Assembly: GCA_003246805.1 (NCBI GenBank)
Contig: QKDG01000083.1
Coordinates: forward strand, 1 to 27,441
DNA length: 27,441 bases
Direction of reading: 5' to 3'
DNA from: Clostridia bacterium
GTDB taxonomy: Bacteria > Bacillota > Clostridia > Oscillospirales > Ruminococcaceae
In this document: positions 17,788-27,441 of the stretch, piece by piece
Position numbering within the stretch: the stretch's first letter is position 1
Layout of the letters: each line of letters begins with the position of its first letter
The notes under the pieces: generated by a model
What the model was told of the DNA's origin: nothing
What the model saw: only the letters and a program-made list of their open reading frames with translations
Database searches by the model: none
Position numbers and translations under genes: made by a program

Positions 17788-18228
17788 CTAAATCACCTCT
17801 ACCTTCCCGCCTGCTTTCTCAATTTTTTCTTTTGCTGTCTGAGAAAATGCAGCTACTTTTACAGTTAGCTTTTTTGTGATATCACCATTTCCTAAAACCT
17901 TGATTCCGTCGAAAGTTTTTCTGATTAGTCCAGCAGCAACAAGCATTTCTGTGTCAACCACTGTGCCATCAACAAACTTATCTAAATCGGAAACATTAAT
18001 TACAGCATATTTTGTGCCAAATATATTGTTGAATCCTCTTTTTGGAATTCTTCTTGCCAAAGGCATCTGTCCGCCTTCAAATCCTGGCTTAACTCCACCA
18101 CCAGAACGTGCGTTTTGACCCTTGTGGCCTTTTCCTGCAGTTTTTCCCTGGCCTGAACCATGGCCTCTGCCTTTACGCTTAGGCTCTTTTGCAGAACCTT
18201 CAGCTGGGGATAATTCGTGTAATTTCAT
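17788..18228 (-). CDS. rplO: 50S ribosomal protein L15
   Basis: Start at ATG 18228 (MKLHEL) after RBS AAGGAGGT; [32 protein letters not shown]. Confidence 0.98.
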   Translation of the reverse strand: MKLHELSPAEGSAKEPKRKGRGHGSGQGKTAGKGHKGQNARSGGGVKPGFEGGQMPLARRIPKRGFNNIFGTKYAVINVSDLDKFVDGTVVDTEMLVAAGLIRKTFDGIKVLGNGDITKKLTVKVAAFSQTAKEKIEKAGGKVEVI

Positions 18229-18246
18229 TTTTCGCACCTCCTTGCT

Positions 18247-18429
18247 TTACGCTTCGGTTACCTCGATAAGGTGGGATATTTTTGCTATTTTACCTTTTGT
18301 TTGCTCATTGTTAGGCTGAACTGTTGTAGATCTAATCTTTTTTAGTCCAAGAGAATGAGCAGTAGCAATCTGTTTCTGAGTTCTTCCTACAAGGCTTTTC
18401 ACCAATGTAATTTTAACTGTATCTGCCAT
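18247..18429 (-). CDS. rpmD: 50S ribosomal protein L30
   Basis: 60 aa; VKITLVKSLVGR, SLGLKKI, ISHLIEV; between rpsE and rplO. Confidence 0.95.
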   Translation of the reverse strand: MADTVKITLVKSLVGRTQKQIATAHSLGLKKIRSTTVQPNNEQTKGKIAKISHLIEVTEA

Positions 18430-18442
18430 GCCAAATCCTCCC

Positions 18443-18943
18443 TTAACCTATAATTTCCTTAACTGTCTTGCCCCTGATAGCAGCAACCTGAGCTGCTGAT
18501 TTGCATGAAGCAAGGCCGTTGATTGTTGCTCTTACAACATTACATGGATTATTAGAACGCAATGATTTTGTTCTGATATCCTTTATTCCAGCTACTTCAA
18601 TAACAGCACGAACAGGTCCGCCAGCGATAACGCCGGTACCAGGTGCCGCAGGCTTCATCAAAACCCTGCCAGCGCCGAATTCGCCTATTATTTCGTGTGG
18701 AATTGTTGTTCCTCTTAGTGAAACTTTAACAAGATTCTTCTTGGCATCTTCGATACCCTTACGGATAGCGTCAGGAACTTCTCCTGCTTTGCCAAGGCCA
18801 AATCCAACTGTGCCGTTACCGTCTCCTACTACTACAAGTGCCGCAAATTTAAATATACGACCACCTTTAACAGTCTTAGAAACACGGTTTATAGCAACAA
18901 CTTTTTCACTAAGTTCAAGTGTTGAAGCATCTATTAAAGCCAA
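18443..18943 (-). CDS. rpsE: 30S ribosomal protein S5
   Basis: TTG start; [29 protein letters not shown]. Confidence 0.98.
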   Translation of the reverse strand: MALIDASTLELSEKVVAINRVSKTVKGGRIFKFAALVVVGDGNGTVGFGLGKAGEVPDAIRKGIEDAKKNLVKVSLRGTTIPHEIIGEFGAGRVLMKPAAPGTGVIAGGPVRAVIEVAGIKDIRTKSLRSNNPCNVVRATINGLASCKSAAQVAAIRGKTVKEIIG

Positions 18944-18959
18944 ACGTACTACCTCCTCT

Positions 18960-19319
18960 TTAGAACTTGAGTCCGCCTTCGCGAGCTCCTTCAGCTAATT
19001 CCTGAATACGACCGTGATAAATATATCCGCTTCTGTCAAAAACAACTTCAGTGATACCTTTTTCCAACGCATTTTTAGCAATAATCTGGCCAACCTTGCG
19101 AGCGCCGTCCTTATTGCAACCGTTTCCATCAAAACCTTCAACAAGGCTTGATGCTGATGCTAATGTAACACCATTGATATCATCGATTAGCTGTGCATAT
19201 ATATGCTTTGAGGAGCGGAATACGTTAAGGCGTGGGCACTGTGCAGTTCCTGAGATTTTCGCACGGACTCTGCGGTGCCTTTTTGCTCTTGCTTCTGCTC
19301 TGTCAAGCTTTTTCACCAT
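18960..19319 (-). CDS. rplR: 50S ribosomal protein L18
   Basis: [41 protein letters not shown]. Confidence 0.98.
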   Translation of the reverse strand: MVKKLDRAEARAKRHRRVRAKISGTAQCPRLNVFRSSKHIYAQLIDDINGVTLASASSLVEGFDGNGCNKDGARKVGQIIAKNALEKGITEVVFDRSGYIYHGRIQELAEGAREGGLKF

Positions 19320-19337
19320 AGTAATTCACTCCTTTAA

Positions 19338-19904
19338 TTACTTCTTGCCGCCCTTGCCGCCTTTGGCGCCCTTACCAGCCTTACCTTCCTTGCGGATGAT
19401 ATATTCGCCGGCATAACGGATTCCCTTGCCCTTATAAGGCTCTGGCGGACGTTTTGCGCGCACTTCACAGGCAAACTGACCTACAACCTGCTTATCTATT
19501 CCAGATACTATAATTCTGTTTGTTGCGGGAACGTCAATCTTGATTCCATCAATTTCAGGCATGATAACCTGATGTGAGTATCCAAGATTCATAACAAGAT
19601 TATTGCCCTGCTTTGAAGCACGGTAACCAACACCTTCAATTTCAAGTGTTTTTGCGAAACCGTTTGTTACACCTTCAACCATATTTGCAATAAGTGTTCT
19701 TGTCAAACCGTGAAGAGCTCTGTGAGTTTTTTCGTCAGAAGGGCGATTTACAGTCAGCTCACTGCCTTCAAGATTAATAATCATTTCTTTTGAAAACTTT
19801 TTCTCCAATGTTCCTTTTGGACCTTTAACAGTAACAACGTTATTGTTTACTTTTACTTCTACTCCGGCAGGAACAGTAATTGGTTTTTTACCGATTCTTG
19901 ACAT
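19338..19904 (-). CDS. rplF: 50S ribosomal protein L6
   Basis: [37 protein letters not shown]. Confidence 0.98.
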   Translation of the reverse strand: MSRIGKKPITVPAGVEVKVNNNVVTVKGPKGTLEKKFSKEMIINLEGSELTVNRPSDEKTHRALHGLTRTLIANMVEGVTNGFAKTLEIEGVGYRASKQGNNLVMNLGYSHQVIMPEIDGIKIDVPATNRIIVSGIDKQVVGQFACEVRAKRPPEPYKGKGIRYAGEYIIRKEGKAGKGAKGGKGGKK

Positions 19905-19915
19905 ATTTGTCCTCC

Positions 19916-20314
19916 TTACCAGATGAATGCGAGAACTTCGCCGCCAACGTTTAATTCACGAGCTTTTTTGTCTGTCATAATTCCTTTTGAAGTAGAAACT
20001 ACTGCAATCCCTAAGCCCTTCATTACCTTTGGCATATCCTCACAGCTTGAATAAATTCTAAGACCAGGCTTTGAAACCCTTCTGAGTCCTGAAATAACTG
20101 GAGTTCTGTTCTCATCATATTTAAGAGTAATTCTGATTATACCCTGCTTTCCGTCTTCAATGAATTGGAAGCCCTTAACATACCCCTCGTCAACAAGGAT
20201 TTGTGTAATTGACTTTTTCATATTAGATGCAGGAACGTCAACTGTTGCGTGCTTTGCAGAACTCGCGTTACGAATTCTGGTCAATATATCAGCTATTGTA
20301 TCAGTAACTTGCAT
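19916..20314 (-). CDS. rpsH: 30S ribosomal protein S8
   Basis: [35 protein letters not shown]. Confidence 0.98.
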   Translation of the reverse strand: MQVTDTIADILTRIRNASSAKHATVDVPASNMKKSITQILVDEGYVKGFQFIEDGKQGIIRITLKYDENRTPVISGLRRVSKPGLRIYSSCEDMPKVMKGLGIAVVSTSKGIMTDKKARELNVGGEVLAFIW

Positions 20315-20338
20315 GCCGTTAACCTCCTTTGCTAATGC

Positions 20339-20524
20339 TTACCAGCTAGCCTTCTTAACCCCTGGGATCTGACCATCGTGCGCTAATTCTCTAAAACAAA
20401 TACGGCAAATACCGAATTTACGTAGATATGCGTGTGGTCTTCCACAGATTTTGCACCTGTTGTAAGAACGGGTGGAAAACTTAGGCTCAGCCTGCTGTTT
20501 CATTTTCATAGCCATTTTAGCCAT
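20339..20524 (-). CDS. rpsZ: 30S ribosomal protein S14, type Z (zinc-binding, 61 aa)
   Basis: [24 protein letters not shown], four Cys. Confidence 0.97.
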   Translation of the reverse strand: MAKMAMKMKQQAEPKFSTRSYNRCKICGRPHAYLRKFGICRICFRELAHDGQIPGVKKASW

Positions 20525-20542
20525 AATTAATTATTCCTCCCC

Positions 20543-21082
20543 TTACTTTGTGAATGGAGCACCCAATAATGTGAGCAGCTCTTTTGCTTCTTCATCAGTA
20601 CCAGCGGTAGTGATAAAGTTGATATCCATACCACGAACCTTATCTATCTTATCATATTCGATTTCAGGGAAGATAAGTTGTTCTTTAATACCTGTTGAAT
20701 AGTTTCCTCTTCCGTCAAATGAATTCGGATTGATTCCTCTGAAGTCACGTACACGTGGGAACGCAACATTAAATAATCTGTCAACAAATTCATACATTTT
20801 ATCTGCACGTAGAGTAACCTTAACGCCAATTGTCATACCCTCACGAAGCTTAAAGTTAGCAACTGATTTTTTAGCCTTACATTCAATAGCCTTCTGGCCT
20901 GTGATAAGCCCCAAATCATTAATTATTGCTTCAATAGCCTTCTTGTTTTCCTTTGCTTCACCGCAACCAACATTGATTACAACTTTATCAAGCTTAGGAA
21001 TCTGCATGACATTTTTGTAGCCAAACTTTTTCATCATAGCAGGAGCTACGCTGCTAACATAATATTCTTTTAATCTAGCCAT
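20543..21082 (-). CDS. rplE: 50S ribosomal protein L5
   Basis: [35 protein letters not shown]. Confidence 0.98.
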   Translation of the reverse strand: MARLKEYYVSSVAPAMMKKFGYKNVMQIPKLDKVVINVGCGEAKENKKAIEAIINDLGLITGQKAIECKAKKSVANFKLREGMTIGVKVTLRADKMYEFVDRLFNVAFPRVRDFRGINPNSFDGRGNYSTGIKEQLIFPEIEYDKIDKVRGMDINFITTAGTDEEAKELLTLLGAPFTK

Positions 21083-21098
21083 GTCGTTTCTCCTTTAC

Positions 21099-21422
21099 TT
21101 AGAAAGTTTTGCCACAGTCTGCGTTTTTACAAACTCTTGACTTTGTTCCGTCTTCACTTATTTTATGAGCAATTCTTGTTGGCTTGTTGCATTTTGGGCA
21201 AACAAGCATAGCCTTTGAAGCATAAAATGCGCCTTCAGCCTTAACAATTCCGCCTGCCTGGCCTGCTCTTGTTGGCTTAACATGCTTTGTTACCATGTTG
21301 CAGCCCTCAACAATAATCTTTTGCTCTTTTGGTGAAGCCTCTAAAACCTTACCTTTTTTACCCTTATCCTTACCGGAAAGGATAACAACGGTGTCGCCAG
21401 TTTTAACGTGTAGTTTATTCAA
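21099..21422 (-). CDS. rplX: 50S ribosomal protein L24
   Basis: TTG start; HVKTGDTVVILSGKDKGKKGKV KOW motif. Confidence 0.97.
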   Translation of the reverse strand: MNKLHVKTGDTVVILSGKDKGKKGKVLEASPKEQKIIVEGCNMVTKHVKPTRAGQAGGIVKAEGAFYASKAMLVCPKCNKPTRIAHKISEDGTKSRVCKNADCGKTF

Positions 21423-21437
21423 TTACGACACCTCCTA

Positions 21438-21806
21438 TTATAATACTTCTGGTGCAAGGCTCAAAATCTTGAGGTATTCCTTGTCACGAAGCTCTCTTGC
21501 TACAGGGCCAAAAATACGTGTGCCCTTTGGGTTCTTATCTTCTTTAATAATAACAGCAGCGTTTTCGTCAAAACGGATATATGTGCCATCCTCACGACGA
21601 AGACCCTTTGCTGAACGAACGATAACTGCTTTTACTACATCGCCTTTTTTAACAACGCCGCCGGGTGTTGCTTTTTTTACAGAAGCAATGACAACGTCAC
21701 CGATGTTAGCATACTTTCTGCGAGTTCCACCTAGTACTCTAATGCACATTAGCTCTTTAGCTCCTGTGTTGTCAGCTACTTTCAGGTATGTTTGCATTTG
21801 TATCAC
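21438..21806 (-). CDS. rplN: 50S ribosomal protein L14
   Basis: GTG start; [36 protein letters not shown]. Confidence 0.98.
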   Translation of the reverse strand: MIQMQTYLKVADNTGAKELMCIRVLGGTRRKYANIGDVVIASVKKATPGGVVKKGDVVKAVIVRSAKGLRREDGTYIRFDENAAVIIKEDKNPKGTRIFGPVARELRDKEYLKILSLAPEVL

Positions 21807-21857
21807 AGTGCGTTCCTCCTTTCGAAAAAATCAGAGGTTAAATTCTTAACTTATATT

Positions 21858-22115
21858 TTACTTAGCTCTTTCGAGTATCTCAACCAAACGCCATCTTTTA
21901 TCCTTTGACATTGGTCTTGTTTCCATAACCTCAACTCTATCGCCGATGTTACAGGTATTGTTTTCATCATGTGCCTTTAGCTTTACTGTTCTTTTGATAA
22001 TCTTTTTATAAAGCGGGTGCTGTACGTTGTCTTCAATAGCAACCACGATGGTTTTATCCATTTTGTTACTTACAACCTTACCAACTCTTGTTTTTCTAAG
22101 ATTTCTTTCGCTCAC
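21858..22115 (-). CDS. rpsQ: 30S ribosomal protein S17
   Basis: GTG at 22115 after RBS AGGGAGG (85 aa); [34 protein letters not shown]. Confidence 0.97.
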   Translation of the reverse strand: MSERNLRKTRVGKVVSNKMDKTIVVAIEDNVQHPLYKKIIKRTVKLKAHDENNTCNIGDRVEVMETRPMSKDKRWRLVEILERAK

Positions 22116-22134
22116 AGCTAATCCTCCCTTCGTT

Positions 22135-22332
22135 CTATTGCACGCTGGACTCTTGCTTACGAATGAATGTCTTAACGCGAGCAATATCCTTCTTAACTGC
22201 GCTTAAACGCATAGGATTTTCAAGCTGATTAACAGCGTGTTGAAAACGAAGACTGAAAAGTTCCTTTTTAAGGTCAGCAAGCTTATCGTTTAACTCTGTT
22301 ACAGTCATATCACGTAATTCATTAGCTTTCAT
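22135..22332 (-). CDS. rpmC: 50S ribosomal protein L29
   Basis: [28 protein letters not shown]; TAATG overlap with rplP. Confidence 0.97.
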   Translation of the reverse strand: MKANELRDMTVTELNDKLADLKKELFSLRFQHAVNQLENPMRLSAVKKDIARVKTFIRKQESSVQ

Positions 22333-22763
22333 TATTGCTCACCACCCATTTCTTGCTCTTGCCTTGTAACAAATTTGCATTTAATCGGAAGCTTATGCAT
22401 TGCAAGCCTCATAGCTTCTCTTGCAACTTCTTCACTTACTCCTGAAATTTCAAACATAACACGGCCTGGCTTAACAACTGCCACCCAGTATTCAGGTGAA
22501 CCTTTACCAGAACCCATTCGAGTTTCAGCCGGCTTTTCTGTTATTGGCTTGTCAGGGAATATTTTAATCCAAACCTGACCACCACGCTTGATATAACGTG
22601 TCATCGCGATACGAGCAGCCTCAATCTGATTTGAAGTAATCCATGCTGGTTGAAGTGCCTGTAATCCGAATTCACCGTTTGATACAGTGTTACCACGCAT
22701 AGCCTTGCCTTTTAAGCGGCCACGGTGCTGTCTGCGGTATTTTACTCTCTTTGGAAGTAGCAT
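22332..22763 (-). CDS. rplP: 50S ribosomal protein L16
   Basis: [36 protein letters not shown]. Confidence 0.98.
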   Translation of the reverse strand: MLLPKRVKYRRQHRGRLKGKAMRGNTVSNGEFGLQALQPAWITSNQIEAARIAMTRYIKRGGQVWIKIFPDKPITEKPAETRMGSGKGSPEYWVAVVKPGRVMFEISGVSEEVAREAMRLAMHKLPIKCKFVTRQEQEMGGEQ

Positions 22764-23455
22764 TACTTGTTACCTCCTTCTTTGCGGTTTCTTCTCTGTT
22801 GTGGCTTGTTGTTCTGGTGAACTTCTCCTTTTAGGACTTCACCCTTGTATACCCATACCTTAACTCCAAGACGGCCGTATGTTGTATGAGCCTCAGCTGT
22901 ACCGTAGTCAATATCAGCTCTGATTGTTTGTAGTGGAATAGTTCCCTCGTGATAGCTCTCTGCACGAGCGATTTCAGCCCCGCCAAGACGGCCTGATACA
23001 CGGGTTTTGATTCCTCTTGCGCCAAGCTTCATTGCCTTGCCGATTGATTGCTTCATAGCTCTTCTGAATGAAATTCTGTTCTCAAGCTGTTGTGCAATTG
23101 ACTCAGCGATAAGCTGTGCTTCAAGATCTGGCTGCTTTACTTCGATAATATTAAGTGCTACAGACTTTTTAATCATTCCTTCAATAGTCTGGCGAAGCTT
23201 TTCAATTTCTGCGCCACCTCTTCCGATTACGATACCAGGCTTTGCACAGTGAATGTGAATTTTAACCTTATCTGCAAATCTTTCAATTTCGATACGTGGA
23301 ACACCTGCAGCGTACAAGCTCTTTTTAATATAATTACGGATATTGTAATCTTCAACTAGAGTGTCGCCGAAAGTGCTTTTATTTGCAAACCAGCGGGAAT
23401 CCCAATTCTTAATTACACCGACGCGAAGTCCGTGTGGATTTACTTTTTGTCCCAT
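22763..23455 (-). CDS. rpsC: 30S ribosomal protein S3
   Basis: [34 protein letters not shown]. Confidence 0.98.
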   Translation of the reverse strand: MGQKVNPHGLRVGVIKNWDSRWFANKSTFGDTLVEDYNIRNYIKKSLYAAGVPRIEIERFADKVKIHIHCAKPGIVIGRGGAEIEKLRQTIEGMIKKSVALNIIEVKQPDLEAQLIAESIAQQLENRISFRRAMKQSIGKAMKLGARGIKTRVSGRLGGAEIARAESYHEGTIPLQTIRADIDYGTAEAHTTYGRLGVKVWVYKGEVLKGEVHQNNKPQQRRNRKEGGNK

Positions 23456-23476
23456 AGTTTACCTCCTCTTTCAGCA

Positions 23477-23812
23477 TTATTCCTTTTCTTTGAGAACGAT
23501 TGTTACGTGAGATGTTCTCTTAAGAATTCGGAAAGCTCTGCCCTGTGCTCTAGGCATAATCCTCTTCATAATTGGTCCTGGGCAAACAAAACATTCAGCA
23601 ACATAAAGTTTGTTCTTATCCATGTTGTGGTTGTTTTCAGCGTTTGCAATGGCCGACTTCAGAAGTTTTTCCAGGTATTCACAGGCAGCCTTTGGTGTGT
23701 GCTTTAGTGTTGCAATAGCAACTTCAGTGTCCTTCCCCCTGATTAAATCAAGAACAATCTGGACTTTTCGTGGTGCTATGCGAGCATTTCTAAGGTATGC
23801 TCTTGCTTCCAT
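23477..23812 (-). CDS. rplV: 50S ribosomal protein L22
   Basis: Start at ATG 23812 (MEARA) after RBS AAGGAGG; [31 protein letters not shown]. Confidence 0.97.
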   Translation of the reverse strand: MEARAYLRNARIAPRKVQIVLDLIRGKDTEVAIATLKHTPKAACEYLEKLLKSAIANAENNHNMDKNKLYVAECFVCPGPIMKRIMPRAQGRAFRILKRTSHVTIVLKEKE

Positions 23813-23831
23813 TTGAATTCCTCCTTCCGGC

Positions 23832-24116
23832 CTACTTCTTACCATTATTTGAGGTCCTAGAACCTGCGTGGCCCTTATAAGTTCTTGTTGGTGCAAACTC
23901 ACCAAGCTTATGCCCTACCATATCTTCAGTAACATAAACAGGAACATGCTTGCGGCCATCGTGAACTGCGAATGTATGACCAACGAAATCCGGGAAAATT
24001 GTTGATGAACGGCTCCAAGTTTTCAGAACCTTTTTTTCACCAGCTTCGTTCATTTGTAATACTCTTTTCATAAGAACCTCTTGTACAAAAGGGCCCTTTT
24101 TAATACTTCTACCCAT
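23832..24116 (-). CDS. rpsS: 30S ribosomal protein S19
   Basis: [32 protein letters not shown]. Confidence 0.98.
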   Translation of the reverse strand: MGRSIKKGPFVQEVLMKRVLQMNEAGEKKVLKTWSRSSTIFPDFVGHTFAVHDGRKHVPVYVTEDMVGHKLGEFAPTRTYKGHAGSRTSNNGKK

Positions 24117-24139
24117 TGTTCATCTGCCTCCTTTCAATA

Positions 24140-24973
24140 TTACTTACCGTTTCTGCGTTTTACGATAAATTTATCAGAGCGATGATGCTTAGCACGAGTC
24201 TTGTATCCAAGTGCCGGTTTACCCCAAGGAGTAACTGGACCTGAACGACCAATTGGTGATTTACCTTCACCACCACCGTGTGGGTGATCGCAAGGGTTCA
24301 TTACTGAACCACGAACTGTTGGCCTGAATCCCATGTGTCGTGTTCTTCCGGCTTTACCGATATTAACGTTTTCATGGTCGATGTTTCCAACCTGGCCGAT
24401 TGTTGCGATACAACTGATTGGTACTTTTCTGAGCTCGCCTGATGGTAGCCTTACAAGTGCATGTGTGCCTTCTCTTGCCATCAGCTGTGCCATGTTTCCA
24501 GCGGCACGAACAAGCTGTGCGCCTTTACCTGGATATAGCTCAATGTTATGAATAAATGTACCAACAGGGATATTCAGTAGTGGTAATGCGTTACCTGGCT
24601 TGATGTCAGCATCAGCGCCTGAACGAACTGTGTCACCTACTGCTAAGCCGTTTGGTGCAAGGATATAACGCTTTTCACCGTCTTCATACTGCAATAGAGC
24701 AATATGTGCTGAACGGTTTGGATCGTACTCTATTGTGAGAACATTAGCGTTCATATCAACTTTATCTCTCTTGAAATCAATGATACGGTATTTTCTCTTC
24801 TGTGCTCCACCTCTGTGGCGAACAGTTATTCTACCGTAGCTGTTTCTTCCAGATTTTTTCTTAAGAGGCTCTAAAAGACTCTTTTCCGGAGCAACCTTTG
24901 ACAAAGCAGAATAGTCAGTAACTGTCATCTCTCTTCTGCTCGGAGTCGTCGGCTTGTAGCTCTTTATTGCCAT
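24140..24973 (-). CDS. rplB: 50S ribosomal protein L2
   Basis: Start at ATG 24973 (MAIKSY) after RBS AAGGAG; [30 protein letters not shown]. Confidence 0.98.
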   Translation of the reverse strand: MAIKSYKPTTPSRREMTVTDYSALSKVAPEKSLLEPLKKKSGRNSYGRITVRHRGGAQKRKYRIIDFKRDKVDMNANVLTIEYDPNRSAHIALLQYEDGEKRYILAPNGLAVGDTVRSGADADIKPGNALPLLNIPVGTFIHNIELYPGKGAQLVRAAGNMAQLMAREGTHALVRLPSGELRKVPISCIATIGQVGNIDHENVNIGKAGRTRHMGFRPTVRGSVMNPCDHPHGGGEGKSPIGRSGPVTPWGKPALGYKTRAKHHRSDKFIVKRRNGK

Positions 24974-25063
24974 TTGTTTCACTCCTTTTGTGGTTTTGCG
25001 AGGGATAATCCCCCATACTTTCCTGCGGAGTAACCCGCAAGGTAAAAATACACTTAACTTCTA

Positions 25064-25360
25064 TTAGAACATTCCATCGAAGAATTCGATTGTCTTTTCG
25101 CCCTCAGCAAGTGTAACGATTGCCTTCTTCCAGTCTGGTTTGTATCCGGCTGTTTTGCCCATTCTCTTAAATCTGCCCTTGCAGTTCATTGTGTTGACTT
25201 TTGCGACTTTAACGCCGAAAAGCTCCTGAACAGCCTGCGCAATTTCAATTTTATTGGCATTCTTAGCAACCTTAAATGTGTATTTACCCATCTGTAAGCC
25301 TTCCATAGAACGCTCAGTGATGATTGGCTTAATGATAATATCCTGTGCAGTCTTTATCAT
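25064..25360 (-). CDS. rplW: 50S ribosomal protein L23
   Basis: PIITERS, YTFKV, KIEIAQAVQELFGVKV, WKKAIVTL. Confidence 0.97.
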   Translation of the reverse strand: MIKTAQDIIIKPIITERSMEGLQMGKYTFKVAKNANKIEIAQAVQELFGVKVAKVNTMNCKGRFKRMGKTAGYKPDWKKAIVTLAEGEKTIEFFDGMF

Positions 25361-25983
25361 TATGCATACACCTCCTCAATCTTTGCAACAGCATCTTTCA
25401 ATACGATAAAATTGTCGTAGTTCAAGATATCATATACATTCAGTGTGTTAACAAGAGTTGTCTTAACACCAGGAATGTTTGCTGCGCTCTTTATAACCTT
25501 GCTGTCAACCTCAGGCATAACAATTAATGATTTGCCTGTTACATTCAAAGCATTTAGCATATTGATAACTGATTTTGTCTTGTATTCTTCAAGCTTGATA
25601 GCATCAAGAACAAGAATGTTGTTATCGATAACCTTTGTTGAAAGTGCTGACTTCATTGCAAGTCTTCTTACCTTTTTATTTAAAGAATATCTGTAATCAC
25701 GTGGCTTTGGTCCAAGTGCAACACCACCGTGTGTCCATTGTGGTGAACGGATTGAACCCTGTCTTGCATGACCAGTACCCTTTTGGCGCCATGGCTTTCT
25801 GCCGCCTCCACGAACCTCTGTGCGAGTAAGTGTTGATTGTGTACCTTGTCTTTGATTAGCAAGATAGTTTACAACCATTGCGTGCATTACTTCCTTATTA
25901 GGAGTAATACCAAATACTGCATCTGATAGCTCAGTGTCAGCAAGCTTTTTGCCAGTCATATCAAATACTGAAACTTTCGGCAT
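25360..25983 (-). CDS. rplD: 50S ribosomal protein L4
   Basis: Start at ATG 25983 (MPKVSV); [39 protein letters not shown]. Confidence 0.98.
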   Translation of the reverse strand: MPKVSVFDMTGKKLADTELSDAVFGITPNKEVMHAMVVNYLANQRQGTQSTLTRTEVRGGGRKPWRQKGTGHARQGSIRSPQWTHGGVALGPKPRDYRYSLNKKVRRLAMKSALSTKVIDNNILVLDAIKLEEYKTKSVINMLNALNVTGKSLIVMPEVDSKVIKSAANIPGVKTTLVNTLNVYDILNYDNFIVLKDAVAKIEEVYA

Positions 25984-26000
25984 TTTACTTCCCCCTTCCA

Positions 26001-26636
26001 CTAAGCCTTCTTAATGCAATCAGTGATAGTAACTGTTCCGTTCTTAGGACCAGGAATAGCACCTTTAATTGCAATAAGATTATTTTCTGCGTCAATCTTA
26101 ACGATTACAAGATTCTGAACAGTAACCTTCTCATTACCAAGCTGTCCAGGCATTGTCTTGCCCTTGAATATACGTGATGGTGATGAGTTGGCACCCATTG
26201 AACCAGCGTGCCTGTGAACAGGGCCGGTACCGTGAGTTTCTTTTAGTCTTGAATTGTTGTGACGCTTGATTGTTCCTGAAAAACCTTTACCCTTGCTAGT
26301 TCCGTGAACGTCAACAACGTCACCCACAGCAAATGTATCCGCTTTTACGATATCACCAACGTTTAATTCGTCAGTGCTTTCAAACCTGAATTCCTTTAAA
26401 GTTCTCTTTAAAGCAACGTCAGCTTTTTTGAAGTGACCAGCAAGTGGCTTATTCACACGTTTTGCGCGAATGTCACCGTATCCCAGCTGAACAGCCTGAT
26501 AACCGTCATTTTCAACAGTTTTCTTCTGAACAACTACGCATGGGCCAGCTTCAACAACTGTTACAGGAATAACTTTTCCTGCTTCATCGAAAATCTGTGT
26601 CATACCGATTTTCTTACCGATGATTCCCTTTTGCAT
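26001..26636 (-). CDS. rplC: 50S ribosomal protein L3
   Basis: [33 protein letters not shown]. Confidence 0.98.
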   Translation of the reverse strand: MQKGIIGKKIGMTQIFDEAGKVIPVTVVEAGPCVVVQKKTVENDGYQAVQLGYGDIRAKRVNKPLAGHFKKADVALKRTLKEFRFESTDELNVGDIVKADTFAVGDVVDVHGTSKGKGFSGTIKRHNNSRLKETHGTGPVHRHAGSMGANSSPSRIFKGKTMPGQLGNEKVTVQNLVIVKIDAENNLIAIKGAIPGPKNGTVTITDCIKKA

Positions 26637-26730
26637 TTTCTCTCCTCCTATTTAGGTTATTGGTTGGCATAAAACCAACATGACCTGCGTGAAACACGTT
26701 TTGAAATCGCTTTGCGATTTCCGTTGGAAA

Positions 26731-27045
26731 CTATTTGATTTCCATTACGATGTCTACACCTGCAGGAAGTTCAAGGTTTTGAAGTGCTGAGGTTGTTTCG
26801 CTTGTAGGCCTGATAACGTCAATCAATCTCTTGTGAGTTCTCATTTCGAACTGCTCACGGCTGTCCTTATACTTATGAACCGCACGAAGAATAGTGATAA
26901 CTTCTTTATCAGTTGGTAGCGGGATAGGCCCTGATACCTTTGCGCCTGAACGCTTTGCTGCCTCAACAATTTTTGTTGCAGCTGCATCAACAACGCCATG
27001 CTCATAACCCTTGATTCTTATTCTGATTTTTTCATTGACTGCCAC
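26731..27045 (-). CDS. rpsJ: 30S ribosomal protein S10
   Basis: GTG start after RBS AAGGAGG; [35 protein letters not shown]. Confidence 0.98.
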   Translation of the reverse strand: MAVNEKIRIRIKGYEHGVVDAAATKIVEAAKRSGAKVSGPIPLPTDKEVITILRAVHKYKDSREQFEMRTHKRLIDVIRPTSETTSALQNLELPAGVDIVMEIK

Positions 27046-27147
27046 TTTAATCGCCTCCTTAAGGGTTTATATTTGGGGGCATATATTGAAAAACAATATA
27101 GTCTGGAATACTTAACACGTTCCCGTGTGTTCCGTAAGTCTTGTGAT

Positions 27148-27179
27148 AAAAAACCCGAAAAACAATCATGTTTTCCGGG
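27148..27179 (-). terminator. Intrinsic-terminator-like hairpin within the rpsJ 5' leader (candidate attenuator)
   Basis: Minus strand CCCGGAAAACA-TGAT-TGTTTTTCGGG followed by TTTTTT; 11-bp stem with one G-U pair. Confidence 0.6.
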
Positions 27180-27279
27180 GAATTGTTAAAACAATTGACA
27201 GACTTATAAATGCACACAGGTGGTAGCTTAAACTTTCGCAAGCAAGCTTAAAGCACATACAGTGTTCGTTATTACAGTC

Positions 27280-27360
27280 GCCCGGTTTAAAATCGGACAT
27301 ACTCCACGAAAATTACCTGGCATACCGCCAGCAACCTTTCGCTTCATCGCATATCTGTTG
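27280..27360 (-). ncRNA. Structured S10 (rpsJ) leader RNA, candidate ribosomal-protein autoregulatory element
   Basis: Minus strand GCGATGAAGCGAAAGGTTGC(T/C)G...TTTTCGTGGAGTATGTC resembles, from memory, the conserved Firmicute rpsJ leader; hairpin CTGGC-GGTAT-GCCAG (27317-27331). Confidence 0.65.
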
Positions 27361-27376
27361 CAGTCACGCAAGAATT

Positions 27377-27405
27377 ATTTTAACACACACTATTATATAT
27401 TGCAA
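27377..27405 (-). promoter_or_regulatory. Sigma-A promoter of the S10 operon
   Basis: Minus strand TTGCAA (27400-27405), 17 bp, TAAAAT (27377-27382) with TGTG extended -10; AT-rich upstream sequence. Confidence 0.75.
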
Positions 27406-27441
27406 TAGCAATTTTATTAAATGTATGTAGAAATTTTAGGC

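Noticed and set aside
22116-22184. N-terminal extension of S17 overlapping rpmC
   Set aside because: ORF-caller artefact; a GTG with a strong SD at 22115 gives the normal 85-aa protein
23813-23905. N-terminal extension of L22 overlapping rpsS
   Set aside because: The strong SD sits before ATG 23812. Similar short false extensions were trimmed for rplO, rplB and rplD
11487-27045. Missing, rearranged or frameshifted ribosomal genes
   Set aside because: All 32 expected genes are present in canonical clostridial order with intact frames; rpmJ was only below the ORF-track cutoff

Overview
A housekeeping window from a low-GC Firmicute, most likely Clostridia/Oscillospiraceae (Ruminococcus-like; inferred from the S10 and S4 sequences and the gene order). 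The right ~16 kb (11487-27045, minus strand) is the complete, intact 32-gene S10-spc-alpha cluster, rpsJ to rplQ, including secY, adk, map, a KOW-domain gene, infA, rpsD and rpoA. It is preceded by a sigma-A promoter and a ~325-nt structured leader. The left ~11 kb holds aspartate kinase, mnmA, three minus-strand envelope genes (metal/B12-type binding lipoprotein, CNNM/CBS protein, transglutaminase-like lipoprotein), ilvB-ilvN-ilvC and a YibE/F membrane protein. I see no CRISPR array, rRNA, tRNA, transposase, prophage or defence gene, and no convincing new multi-gene system. The interesting signals are non-coding. (1) A 118-bp MITE-like element (2838-2955) with imperfect terminal inverted repeats has duplicated an entire 30-bp terminator hairpin between mnmA and the convergent lipoprotein gene. 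(2) An intrinsic-terminator-like hairpin lies inside the rpsJ leader, suggesting attenuation of the S10 operon. (3) Clusters of small hairpins recur in intergenic spacers of the ribosomal operon. All structures were found by eye; none was folded or searched computationally.
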